DNA from: Candidatus Hydrogenedentota bacterium
GTDB lineage: Bacteria; Hydrogenedentota; Hydrogenedentia; Hydrogenedentales; SLHB01
Length of the DNA stretch: 64,000 nucleotides
NCBI GenBank assembly: GCA_963745075.1
Contig: CAVUWV010000010.1
Location: forward strand, 32,001 to 96,000
Direction of reading: 5' to 3'
A program made the translations under genes and the position numbers. Below the pieces are notes generated by a model. It searched no databases. It saw only the letters and a list, made by a program, of their open reading frames with translations, and was not told where the DNA came from. The number at the start of each line of letters is the position of its first letter. The stretch's first letter is position 1. Of the stretch, positions 41,047 through 50,880 are shown piece after piece.

Positions 41047-43730
41047 CAGTTTCCTTTGGAGAACTGGTCGACCGCGCCCGGTTGGGAAACGGCTATAGCG
41101 ATGTTCTCGAGCGGGACGATTGTCTTCGAGTCACACGCACGCATGCCTCCCGGCAGCGGGCCGCGGTACGCAAGCGCCACGACGACGCCGCCTCGGGCAG
41201 TGACATCGTGCGCATGATGTCCGCCGCGGCGGACGAAATCGTGCGCGGCGTGTTTCAGTTCGCGACGAATTCGCTCCCAACGAGGCGCTCGATCTCGACG
41301 CGTGTGGCTCTCTGCGCGCTCGGCGGATACGGCCGCGCCGAACTCAGCCCCTATTCCGACCTCGACGTCTGCCTCTTGTACGAAGGCGCCCTCGACGAGC
41401 CCGTCCGTGCCTTGAATAGCTACATCATCCCGTTTCTTTGGGACAGCGGTTTTGCCGTCGGCTACTCGATCCACAGTGTGCGCGAAGCCGTCGATCTGGC
41501 AAAAAACGACATGCAAGCCTTTACCCGATTCCTGGAGGGCCGGCTCCTCGCCGGGGAAAGCACCGTCTATGCCCGGTTGAAACTGAGCATTCGCGAAATT
41601 CGATCCGGCGAACTGGCGCGCCGGTTTATTGAATCCAAGGTGCGCGACCGGTACGACGATCTTTCCGCAGAGTACCGGGACATCTTCGCGCCCGAACCAG
41701 ATGTGAAAGAGAACGCGGGCGGACTTCGCGATTTTCATACCGCGCTGTGGTTGTTGATGATGGCGCATGACGTCGACACGCTGGACGATGCCGTGGGGCT
41801 CGGCATCCTGACGCCTGACGAACACCTCGATTTTGTCGATGGCCTCGATTTCATATGGCGCATACGAAACGAACTCCACTTTCATTGTGGAAAAGCGGAA
41901 GACCGGCTCTCCTTCGCGCTCCAGTCGCACGTCGCTGAGGCGTTTGGCTACGCGAACAGCCACCACTTCATGCAAAGCTACTACACCGCGGCCAGTAAGC
42001 TCCGCCGGTTTCTCCGCATCGCCGCCCGATCGTGCCACTATGCGTCCATGGCCAACTTGCCCGACGCAGGGATGCCCGTCGCGCAGGAGTACGCAATCGA
42101 GAACGATGAACTCTACGTCGGTGCGGGCGATCCGAAATGGTTCGCCCATAATCCGGCCCGGCTTATGGAAGTCTTCTGGTTGTGCGCCCGCCACTACGTG
42201 CCGTTGAGCCGCCCTTCTGAAATGCTCGTCGTCGCGAATCTGGACCTCGTGAACGAAACGTTTCGGTCCAACAACATTGTGCGCCGCTTCTTTCAGGCCA
42301 TCTGCAATCGCCCCTTCCGCTCCGGCCACGCCTTGCGGCAAGCGGCCGTATGCGGTTTGCTGGGCCGGTATCTCCCCGAGTTCGAAGCCGTCCACGACGT
42401 GATTCGGTATGAAGACTTTCACTCCTATCCCGTGGGAGAGCACACCTTGCGCGCCGTCGAGGCCATCGCCCGTGTCGAGGATCTGGATGGGGCGGTGGGC
42501 CGCTGCCTTCACGAGGCCCTCGAAAACCTGTCCGATCCCTACATTCTGATTCTTGCCATTCTGTTTCACGACTTGGGCAAGGTCGAGGGAGACGTTCATA
42601 CCGAAGCCAGCGTTCGCATCACCCGGCAGATCTGCACGCGTATCGGGATTCCACCGGAAGATGAAGAGCGCATCGCGTTTCTGGTCCAACATCACACCCT
42701 GATGACCAACATCAGCCAGTACCGCGACATCGACGACGAGCACATCGTTCGCAGTTTTGCCGAAACGATGAAGACCGAACAACGCCTCCGCGCCCTGTTC
42801 TTGCTTTCCTACGCGGACCTGTCAGCCGTAGGACCTGCCGTGTGGACGGATTGGAAGGGCGCCTTGTTACTTCAGCTTTACCTGCGGGCCGTGAAACATC
42901 TGCTGGGCCGAGCCGAAACCGTCGGCGAAACGTATTGGGATTCTCCCAAGGCGGAGCAGGCCCGCGCCGCCGCGCCGGATGAGCTGAAGGACGAGGTCGA
43001 GCCCCATCTCCGAGGCTTGGGCCAACGCTATTTTATTGCCTTTGAAGCCAATCAGATCGCGGAACACCTCGCGTGTGTGGCCGAGGCCCGTCAAACCGGA
43101 CTCTCCGTTCGTTGCACGTCCAAAGACGCCATCGGGATGAGCGAAGTCATGATCTGTACACAAGATAGGCACGGACTCTTCGCCAAGATAGCCGGGTGTT
43201 TCTCATCCCTGTTGATAGACGTTAACAATGCGGCATTGTTTACGCGGGAAGATGGCATCGTTCTCGATTGTTTCACCGTAGCGGACGCGCGACGGCTGCG
43301 CCCGCTCACTTCGGCTCAAACCGCAAAAGTGACACAAGTCTTGCGCGCAGTATTGTTGGAGAACGAGGACGTTCAGGGGTTCGTCGATCGCGCCCGGCGT
43401 CGACTCTTTGCCTTGTTGCAGCCTCGGATTCCCATCCAGACCCGCGTCGAGTTTGACAATGATTCCTCTCGAGGACATACCATTATAGATATTGAATCTG
43501 GTGACCGAACCGGTCTTCTCTACGACATCACCCGGGCCATGACGGAATTGGGCCTGGATATCGCCACCGCGCGCATCGTTACGGATGCCCGCCGGGTGCG
43601 CGACTCATTCTATGTGACGCAGAACAACCGAAAGATCGACGACGAAGAAGTATTGGCATCGATTCGGGACGGCATCCTTCACGCCATTCATCCCAGAGCC
43701 GTTGCCGACACCAAAGGAGAGCAAGCATGA
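41043..43730 (+). CDS. glnD: [Protein-PII] uridylyltransferase
   Basis: ALGGYGR.EL.PYSDLD, P.VKE..GGLRD, HD domain (FHDLGK), two ACT domains. Confidence 0.95.
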   Translation: MTVSFGELVDRARLGNGYSDVLERDDCLRVTRTHASRQRAAVRKRHDDAASGSDIVRMMSAAADEIVRGVFQFATNSLPTRRSISTRVALCALGGYGRAELSPYSDLDVCLLYEGALDEPVRALNSYIIPFLWDSGFAVGYSIHSVREAVDLAKNDMQAFTRFLEGRLLAGESTVYARLKLSIREIRSGELARRFIESKVRDRYDDLSAEYRDIFAPEPDVKENAGGLRDFHTALWLLMMAHDVDTLDDAVGLGILTPDEHLDFVDGLDFIWRIRNELHFHCGKAEDRLSFALQSHVAEAFGYANSHHFMQSYYTAASKLRRFLRIAARSCHYASMANLPDAGMPVAQEYAIENDELYVGAGDPKWFAHNPARLMEVFWLCARHYVPLSRPSEMLVVANLDLVNETFRSNNIVRRFFQAICNRPFRSGHALRQAAVCGLLGRYLPEFEAVHDVIRYEDFHSYPVGEHTLRAVEAIARVEDLDGAVGRCLHEALENLSDPYILILAILFHDLGKVEGDVHTEASVRITRQICTRIGIPPEDEERIAFLVQHHTLMTNISQYRDIDDEHIVRSFAETMKTEQRLRALFLLSYADLSAVGPAVWTDWKGALLLQLYLRAVKHLLGRAETVGETYWDSPKAEQARAAAPDELKDEVEPHLRGLGQRYFIAFEANQIAEHLACVAEARQTGLSVRCTSKDAIGMSEVMICTQDRHGLFAKIAGCFSSLLIDVNNAALFTREDGIVLDCFTVADARRLRPLTSAQTAKVTQVLRAVLLENEDVQGFVDRARRRLFALLQPRIPIQTRVEFDNDSSRGHTIIDIESGDRTGLLYDITRAMTELGLDIATARIVTDARRVRDSFYVTQNNRKIDDEEVLASIRDGILHAIHPRAVADTKGEQA

Positions 43731-45178
43731 ACAAGCATGGTTTTCGAGCGCTGATCGTATTGACGGCGGCAGTCGGTTGGGCGACGGCCGCGTCTGCGAT
43801 GAGCCCGATGCTGCGAGAATTGGAAGATGCCTTCATTCGCATTGGCGACCAGGTCCGTCCGTGCGTCGTGAATATCGACGCCGAACAGGAAGTCCCCGAA
43901 GGCATGGGCGATTCACGCATGAACATGGAAGACCTCTTCCATTACTTCAACATTCCCATGCCGGAAGGCCATCCCCCGCGCGGCCGCCGGCCGTCCCCCG
44001 TAGCTTCCGGGTCGGGATTCATCTACGACAAGGAAGGCCACGTCATCACGAACAACCACGTCGTGGAGAACGCGGCGAACTTGAAAGTGCGCTTGACCAA
44101 TGGGAAAGTCTACGAGGCTACCGTAGTCGGCCGGGATCCGGATACCGACTTGGCCGTCATCAAGATCGACGCCGACGAAGATCTGCCTACCGCCGATCTC
44201 GGCGATTCCGATCGACTGAAAGTCGGCCAATTCGCCATTGCGCTCGGCAGTCCACGCGGGCTGGAAGGATCCCTGTCCTTCGGTCATGTAAGCGCATTGG
44301 GCAGGAACGATCTCCGTCTGCCCACCAACATGCGGTTTCAGAATTTCATTCAGACCGACGCCGCCATCAACTTGGGCAATAGCGGCGGACCGCTTTGCGA
44401 CATCGACGGCCGGGTCATCGGCATCAATACCGCCATCGTCTACGGCGCCGAATCGCTCGGATTCGCCATCCCGATTAACATGGCCAAACGCATCGTTCCC
44501 CAGTTGATCGCCCAGGGGAAAATCGTACGCGGGTTCCTCGGGGTCAGCATTATGGATGTGCCGGATGTGGCCGAGACTTCCGAGGGTTCGTTCACGGTGG
44601 ACGATTTGGTGGAAGTCCTCGGTCTGCCGGACACGAAAGGCGCCTACGTTGAGAGCGCCACACCGGATTCGCCCGCGGCGAAAGCGGGTATCAAGAACGA
44701 TGACGTTATCCGAAAAGTAAACGACGTTACCATCGAAGACTCGAAAGACCTCGTTCGGCGGATATCCGATATGGAGCCGGGCACGAAAGCCAATCTGGAA
44801 GTCTGGCGTGCCAAGAAGCCGATGAATGTGGAAGTCACCCTCTCGGAATTCCCTGGCCCCGTGGAAGCCGTGCTCGGAAAAGGCATCCTTGGCATGCGGC
44901 TGCAGCCGCTTACTCCCGAACTTCGCGATCAACTCCAGATCGACGAGGACATCAAAGGGCTGCTGGTCGTCGATGTCGAACCGGACTCGCCGGCGGCTGA
45001 GGCCGAGATCAGCAGCGGAGACATCATCACGGAAGTGGCGCAGCAGGACATCGAGACGGTCGATGACTTCAAGAAAGTGATCGAACAGTATGGTAAACCC
45101 GGCGAGTCGCTCCTGATGCGGGTGACCCGTCCCGGTGAACGTCCCATGCCGAAAGTCCTCAAAATCCCGACGGAGTAA
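43727..45178 (+). CDS. DegP/HtrA serine protease with two PDZ domains
   Basis: GSGF, TNNHVV, DLAVIK, QTDAAIN.GNSGGPL. Confidence 0.95.
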   Translation: MNKHGFRALIVLTAAVGWATAASAMSPMLRELEDAFIRIGDQVRPCVVNIDAEQEVPEGMGDSRMNMEDLFHYFNIPMPEGHPPRGRRPSPVASGSGFIYDKEGHVITNNHVVENAANLKVRLTNGKVYEATVVGRDPDTDLAVIKIDADEDLPTADLGDSDRLKVGQFAIALGSPRGLEGSLSFGHVSALGRNDLRLPTNMRFQNFIQTDAAINLGNSGGPLCDIDGRVIGINTAIVYGAESLGFAIPINMAKRIVPQLIAQGKIVRGFLGVSIMDVPDVAETSEGSFTVDDLVEVLGLPDTKGAYVESATPDSPAAKAGIKNDDVIRKVNDVTIEDSKDLVRRISDMEPGTKANLEVWRAKKPMNVEVTLSEFPGPVEAVLGKGILGMRLQPLTPELRDQLQIDEDIKGLLVVDVEPDSPAAEAEISSGDIITEVAQQDIETVDDFKKVIEQYGKPGESLLMRVTRPGERPMPKVLKIPTE

Positions 45179-45222
45179 CGGCAACGGCGCGCGCCAAATT
45201 TTCGCGTAAACCATTCCAATTG

Positions 45223-45256
45223 ACCGCGGATCGCCTCAGGCGGTCCGCGGTTTCGT
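45223..45256 (+). terminator. Rho-independent terminator
   Basis: ACCGCGGATCGCC-TCA-GGCGGTCCGCGGT followed by a T-rich tract. Confidence 0.7.
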
Positions 45257-45303
45257 TGTCTTGGCGCGACAATTCTTCCCGTGCCTGTCTATTGTGGTAG
45301 GAT

Positions 45304-45777
45304 ATGGGCGGAGGCTACCGTATGGTAAGTAGCGTGGAAGATAGACCGGTTTACACCGTGCTCACGCCTCGAGAACGCGTGCATGCGGGCGTCGCGGCTT
45401 CGGGCGCAATCGCCATCCTCGTCCTGGCGTGGATCCTGGTCCCCGACGCGCGCGGTTTGGGTACCCACGAAGAGTTGGGACTGCCGCCGTGCATGACCCT
45501 CCGCACGCTGGGGTTTCCTTGCCCGTTTTGCGGGATGACGACCGCGTTCTCGCATATGGCCCACGGCCATCCCGAAGTTGCGGTCCGTACGCAACCGGCG
45601 GGAGCGCTCGCGTTCTTCGGGGCGATCGCCTTTGCCATTCTCTACGCAACCATGGGAGTAACCGGACGAAAACCGGCGATCCTCGAGAATGCCAGCCTGC
45701 GAAAACTGCTGTGGCGGTGTGGAATCGGAATTGTCCTGGTGGCATGGATCTACAAGCTTATTACGTTTCTGGGCTAA
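45304..45777 (+). CDS. DUF2752 membrane protein
   Basis: GTHEELGLPPC...PCPFCGMTTAF. Confidence 0.85.
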   Translation: MGGGYRMVSSVEDRPVYTVLTPRERVHAGVAASGAIAILVLAWILVPDARGLGTHEELGLPPCMTLRTLGFPCPFCGMTTAFSHMAHGHPEVAVRTQPAGALAFFGAIAFAILYATMGVTGRKPAILENASLRKLLWRCGIGIVLVAWIYKLITFLG

Positions 45778-45888
45778 ACGGTGGGATGGTGAGCCCGATA
45801 CCGGCGCGTGTACCCTTCACGATCGCGTTGGTTTTCCTCGTCGTGGTGACGTATACTCCCGCCGCTTCAAGGTAAAAGGTAGCATGTG

Positions 45889-47205
45889 ATGGAATCAGAC
45901 TATTCAGCGCAGCGTATTCTAGTCGCGGACGACGAAGCCCCGGTCGCTAAAGTGATCTCCACGGAAATCGAACGGCGGTTGGGGTGTTCCGTCGAGGTCG
46001 TTTTCGATGGCGATCAAGTGGTGGAGGCTCTCGAAAATGAACCGTTCGACGTGCTCGTCACCGACATGATGATGCCCGGCATTCATGGTGTGGAACTGGT
46101 CACCTACGTGAAACAGCAGCACCCGACGACCGACGTGCTGGTCACGACCGCGTTTCCGGTGGACTTCCCGTTTGTCGAAGTGGTGCACGCGGGCGCCACC
46201 GATTTCCTGGAAAAACCCCATCCTCCCGAGGAGATGCAGGCCAAGCTCATCCGGATCATTCGCGAACGGAAGTTGAACCAAGAACTCGCCAGGGAAAAAC
46301 AGCAGATTCTGTCCGATATGGAGGCCATGGCGCGTCTGCGCGACGAGCGCTCCGTAGCGGAAGCGATGTTTCAGCATATCTTCGAGTACTGCATGAACGG
46401 AATGCTCGTGGTTGCGCCGTACAGCTTCGTCATCAACGAGGTGAATCACGCCTTCAGCGAGATCTGCGCCCGCTCTGCCGACGACCTGGTCGGCCGGCCT
46501 ATCTTCGAATTCTTTGACGATGTGGAACGGGAACGGCTGCGTCAGGGTATGGTCCTCGTTACAAACGTCGGCAAGGCCATGCTGGGTGACATTATGCTGC
46601 AACGGCCCGACCGGTCCGTGGTCTGTCTCGACGTGAGCCTGAGCCACATTCCCATCGAACCCGAACCCCTGATCCACTTCGTGTGCCAGGACGTGACGGA
46701 ACAACGCGAACTTCAGCGGCGTCTTACGGAAATCGCCCAAACCGATCAGCTTACCGGCTTATACAACAAACGCAGTTTCGACACGCGGCTCAGTGCCGCC
46801 GTGGGCCGCGCCCATAAGGAAGGCTATCCCCTGACTTTGCTGTTCCTCGACATCGACGACTTCAAGCAATGCAACGACACGCACGGTCATCAGGCCGGTG
46901 ATGAACTCCTCGCGTCGGCCGGCAAACTCATCTTGCGGCATACCAGAACCCGGCTCGATGCGGCGTTCCGATACGGCGGCGACGAGTTCGCGGTGATTCT
47001 CTCGCAAGCGGACACGACCGTCGGAACCCGTGTTGCCGAGCGGATCCGGTCCGAGTTCTGCTCGCAGGAAACCCACGGCACTTCGCTCAGCATCGGCATC
47101 GGCGCCTATCAACAGGGTATGAGTGCTACCGAGCTGCTTCGGGCCGCGGACGACAGTCTCTACCGCGCAAAGCACTCCGGAAAAAACCAGATCAACGTTC
47201 AATGA
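45889..47205 (+). CDS. REC-PAS-GGDEF diguanylate cyclase
   Basis: ADDE..TDMMMPG receiver; PAS; DQLTGL.N, RYGGDEF. Confidence 0.92.
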   Translation: MESDYSAQRILVADDEAPVAKVISTEIERRLGCSVEVVFDGDQVVEALENEPFDVLVTDMMMPGIHGVELVTYVKQQHPTTDVLVTTAFPVDFPFVEVVHAGATDFLEKPHPPEEMQAKLIRIIRERKLNQELAREKQQILSDMEAMARLRDERSVAEAMFQHIFEYCMNGMLVVAPYSFVINEVNHAFSEICARSADDLVGRPIFEFFDDVERERLRQGMVLVTNVGKAMLGDIMLQRPDRSVVCLDVSLSHIPIEPEPLIHFVCQDVTEQRELQRRLTEIAQTDQLTGLYNKRSFDTRLSAAVGRAHKEGYPLTLLFLDIDDFKQCNDTHGHQAGDELLASAGKLILRHTRTRLDAAFRYGGDEFAVILSQADTTVGTRVAERIRSEFCSQETHGTSLSIGIGAYQQGMSATELLRAADDSLYRAKHSGKNQINVQ

Positions 47206-47260
47206 TTCCGACGACACGACCATCGGCGGGAGGCGTCGACACGCGGAGCACTACCGTGTG

Positions 47261-48148
47261 ATGGACATTCTGTCGGCCGTGGTCCCGGTGTTTCTGATTG
47301 CCGGTGTCGGTTTTGCCATCCGCAAAGCGTTCCCGATCCACCTCAAGACGTTGTCCGTTCTGAATATTTACGTGCTGATTCCCAGCCTCGTATTCGGAAA
47401 CCTCTCCAAACGCGCATTGGATTGGACCGTGTTCGGAAAGATCGCCCTGGCGGCCTTCTTCATGGTGCTGGCCATGGGAACGGCATTATCCGTCATCGCC
47501 AAATTTCGCCGCATGGAGCCGCAGCTCGAAAGCGCGTTTCTCATGACCATGTTTGCCAACCTCGGGAACTTCGGACTCCCCGTGGTCCTCTTTGCCTTCG
47601 GCGACGACGCGCTTTCGCTTGCCGTTGTCGTGATGGTGTGCGGTGGCTTCCTGCAGAACAGCATCGGCCTCTATTTCGCCCAGCGAAGCCGTCACAACGC
47701 CCTCGCGTCAGGCCTTCAGGTATTTCGATTCCCGATGATTTACGCCTTCGCGGCGGCGCTTGTTTTTCAGCGCGCGGGCTGGCATCTTCCCCTGCCTGCC
47801 GAACGCGCCGTCGATATCACCGCGGCAGCCGCCATTCCCATTCAATTGCTGATCGTCGGCGCGACACTCGCCGAGACCCGGCTTGAAGTAAGCACGGAAG
47901 TCTTCATTGCCAGTGCCATGCGTCTGGCGGCCGCGCCCATCCTTGCCCTCGGCGTTTCGGCAACGATCGGCTTGGGCGCGGAAGCTTCGCGCGTTTTTGT
48001 GTTGCAAATGAGCGGACCCGTCGCGGTAGGCATGGCCGTGTATGGCGTTCAGTTCGACTTGAAACCGGGATTCCTCGCCAGCGCGGTCGCCTGGACGTTT
48101 GTGCTTAGCGCCATTTCGGTTTCGGTGGTGCTGGCAGTGCTTACGTGA
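47261..48148 (+). CDS. AEC-family transporter
   Basis: PVF..., NLGNFGLP, about 10 TM segments. Confidence 0.85.
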   Translation: MDILSAVVPVFLIAGVGFAIRKAFPIHLKTLSVLNIYVLIPSLVFGNLSKRALDWTVFGKIALAAFFMVLAMGTALSVIAKFRRMEPQLESAFLMTMFANLGNFGLPVVLFAFGDDALSLAVVVMVCGGFLQNSIGLYFAQRSRHNALASGLQVFRFPMIYAFAAALVFQRAGWHLPLPAERAVDITAAAAIPIQLLIVGATLAETRLEVSTEVFIASAMRLAAAPILALGVSATIGLGAEASRVFVLQMSGPVAVGMAVYGVQFDLKPGFLASAVAWTFVLSAISVSVVLAVLT

Positions 48149-48175
48149 TCCCACCGCAGGACGAGTTCGGGCTGC

Positions 48176-48706
48176 TCAAGGCTCGGCGGTATTGTCCACC
48201 GCGCCGGACGATTCCCGACTCGGATGGGACGGGTGCGCATTTCCGGCCAACGTCACGCGCAGGAGGAACGGCCCAAGTTCGCTGTCGAACGGTACCGTCA
48301 GCCACACGGTATCCGCCGGATGGTCGATGACGTAATCGCGTCCGCGAACGACGGCCGGCATGGTCAGGGTGAGGGGGGGTGCTTCCTCGCCGGTTAGCTT
48401 GGCCTTCGCGTTGCCCGCGATCATATTTACCAGCTCGGCGATTCCGTCGACCACAGTCGAGTCGACGTATTTGATTTCCGAACCCAGCATCCGATTCACG
48501 CACGCAACGGCAACGGCGGATGAAAAAGCAAGTGCGACCGTACCTCGCACGCGCCCGCTCAATCCGATGATCGCGGTCAATTCGATGGGGGAGAACTCGC
48601 GGGTCCGCGTGATCCGGCATTCGCCGCGGGATACATTCGTCTCCAGCATGGTCTCATAGACGTTGGTCGCAGCTTCGATAAACGGATTTATGTACTCTAC
48701 ATCCAC
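48176..48706 (-). CDS. cheX: Chemotaxis phosphatase CheX
   Basis: YINPFI...IIGLSG...ELVNMIAG.AK. Confidence 0.88.
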   Translation of the reverse strand: MDVEYINPFIEAATNVYETMLETNVSRGECRITRTREFSPIELTAIIGLSGRVRGTVALAFSSAVAVACVNRMLGSEIKYVDSTVVDGIAELVNMIAGNAKAKLTGEEAPPLTLTMPAVVRGRDYVIDHPADTVWLTVPFDSELGPFLLRVTLAGNAHPSHPSRESSGAVDNTAEP

Positions 48707-48768
48707 AAGTCCCCGCCACGTGTTTTGGGGTCCCCCTGAAAAGCGCGGGGGCGGAAAGGCGCGTTCGC

Positions 48769-49432
48769 TTATCCCCGCATCTCTGGGAAATAGTGTACTT
48801 CAATCAATGCGCAAAACGTATGGTAGATGACCAAGTGCGCTTCCTGGATGGTTTTGACCGTGGTTCCCGGCGCCTTGATGGCGATATCGGCCGCCGCGGC
48901 CATCTTGCCGCCCTTCGGACCGGTTAATGATACCGTCGTGGCGCCGATTGCCTTCGCCACGGACATCGCCATCAGGCAGTTCCGCGCGTTCCCGGAAGTG
49001 GAAATCCCCAACAAGAACGTCTTCCGGCTTGACCAGAGCGATGGTTTCCTGCGCGAATGCCATGTCGCGCAACGGCGAGTCGTTTTCCACGGCCGTCTTC
49101 AGTGACCCGTTGAAGCCCAGCGGGATCGCCGCCAAACCCGCTTCCAGGTGTTTGGCGAGATCGTCGCCCATGGGTTGCGTCTTGAGTTTGCGCGAAATCT
49201 TGGCGGGCAAGGGGCGCAACCGCTCGAAACTCTTGCACAACTCCCCGGCGATGTGCATCGCATCGGCATTGCTGCCTCCGTTTCCGCAAAGCAGCAACTT
49301 CCCTCCAGCATTGTACGTTTTGACCAGCGCCCGATGGAGCTTCAGCAGGTCCTGCACGCAGTCGCTCAAATCCGGCCGGCGCGCAAACATGCCATCGACG
49401 ATTTCCTGTTCAAGTGGTGTAAGACGGCTCAT
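48769..49432 (-). CDS. gmhA: SIS-domain phosphoheptose isomerase, frameshift near 49010
   Basis: CGNGGS.ADA.H..GEL; ISTSGN..N; IQEAH. Confidence 0.8.
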
Positions 49433-49474
49433 GGTTGGGCTTCTCCCGCTTCCCCCGCATTCATCGCTTCGCGA

Positions 49475-50584
49475 TTAGCGAACCTTATCGAGTTCCTGCA
49501 CTAACGTCAGCAGAAAGTCCCGATTGTCCGCCGACACGTACCGCATCGATCCGCCCATCCGGGCGAACGTCTTATTGTACCGCAGGTAATAGTCGGGATT
49601 CGTATCCGGCGGTTCCCCCTGACTCCAGTCCCAATGCGATTCCTGCAAATCGACGATGACCATGAAGTGCGTGTCGATGTGCCAGTCCTTCTGGATCGCC
49701 AGGTTTTGCGCCATCGATAGCGACTTCTCGAAAATCATCGGCGACATCACCGCCGAACCCACGGACAGATACACCCCGTCGTTCAGATTGGACACGTTGT
49801 TGGCATAGGCCAGGAAATCCCGCTGCGCCGCGCGCCCGATCGCGGCGCAATGATTCATGGGGTGCACGTAAATAATATCGTGGCCGATCATGGGATGGCT
49901 CGTGTACGGCACCTTCAACCGGTATGCCGCCGATTGGAGCCCGTATTGTTTGTACGGATGGGGGACGCGCATCCAGCCCGGCTCTAGTTTGAAGGCCCGC
50001 ACCTGCGTCAGCACGTCCGCGGCCGCGGCGGCCCGGTCCGGTTCGTCGTCGATCGAGGTTTCGATCGTGTACTTCAGAGTAGTTTCGGACGGAATCTGCA
50101 AGCCTTCCTTCTCGACCAGCGCGCCCACGGACTCCCCGTACCCTAGCCCCTGATACGCCCCGATCAGAATGGCGAGGTTGATGTAGAACCCCGTCTCGTC
50201 CCAGACCCCGAATTCGCCCCGGTCCACGTTGGCGCGGACGTCCTCGCTGCTTTCCCCCTGGTACGCGAATTCCCAATCGTGGATAATCCCCGCGCCGTTC
50301 GTGGCGAGATGCGTGATCCACCCGTCTTCGATGAGTTTGGTGAACACCGGCGCCAGGCCGTTCTTGATGGAGTGCGCGCCGAAGGCCATCATCCGCGAAC
50401 GCTTCTTCTCCCGGGCCGTGACGAGACGCTCAACCGTCTCGCGAATGACCTTCTTGCCGGTCTCCGACAGCTCCCGCGGTTCCGCCGTCGTGGGGACGTG
50501 GTCTTCCTCGATATGCACCTTGTTCTTGCGTTCGCGTAACGGTTTGAACCGGATTGCGTGCCGGTCCAGCTCTTTGTACGGCAT
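49475..50584 (-). CDS. Conserved hypothetical protein (deoxyhypusine-synthase-like fold)
   Basis: FGAH.IK.GL, ATNGAG.IHD.E, IG.DII, GSAV..P..F.K. Confidence 0.6.
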   Translation of the reverse strand: MPYKELDRHAIRFKPLRERKNKVHIEEDHVPTTAEPRELSETGKKVIRETVERLVTAREKKRSRMMAFGAHSIKNGLAPVFTKLIEDGWITHLATNGAGIIHDWEFAYQGESSEDVRANVDRGEFGVWDETGFYINLAILIGAYQGLGYGESVGALVEKEGLQIPSETTLKYTIETSIDDEPDRAAAAADVLTQVRAFKLEPGWMRVPHPYKQYGLQSAAYRLKVPYTSHPMIGHDIIYVHPMNHCAAIGRAAQRDFLAYANNVSNLNDGVYLSVGSAVMSPMIFEKSLSMAQNLAIQKDWHIDTHFMVIVDLQESHWDWSQGEPPDTNPDYYLRYNKTFARMGGSMRYVSADNRDFLLTLVQELDKVR

Positions 50585-50880
50585 GATCCTCTCCGAAAAG
50601 TGTTAACGGTAAAACCGGAATTGTATCACGCCATCCAAACCGATTACATTTGCCGCCCGCCCCGCATATGCCTTCCGATCCGCGACTATTCCCCACTGGG
50701 AGCGCCACGCACCAGCGTGGCGACTTTTGGATTCCTGGAAATGGCCGACCCAATTAAGGATGACGTGAGATTCTGTGCAGGTCGTCCATACAGCCCATCT
50801 CGTCCATACCGTCCATCAGCCCCAAAGCCGTCACGCGTTCCGAATTCTCCTTCCCTCCAGCCTCCGGACTCTCGCCTCCT

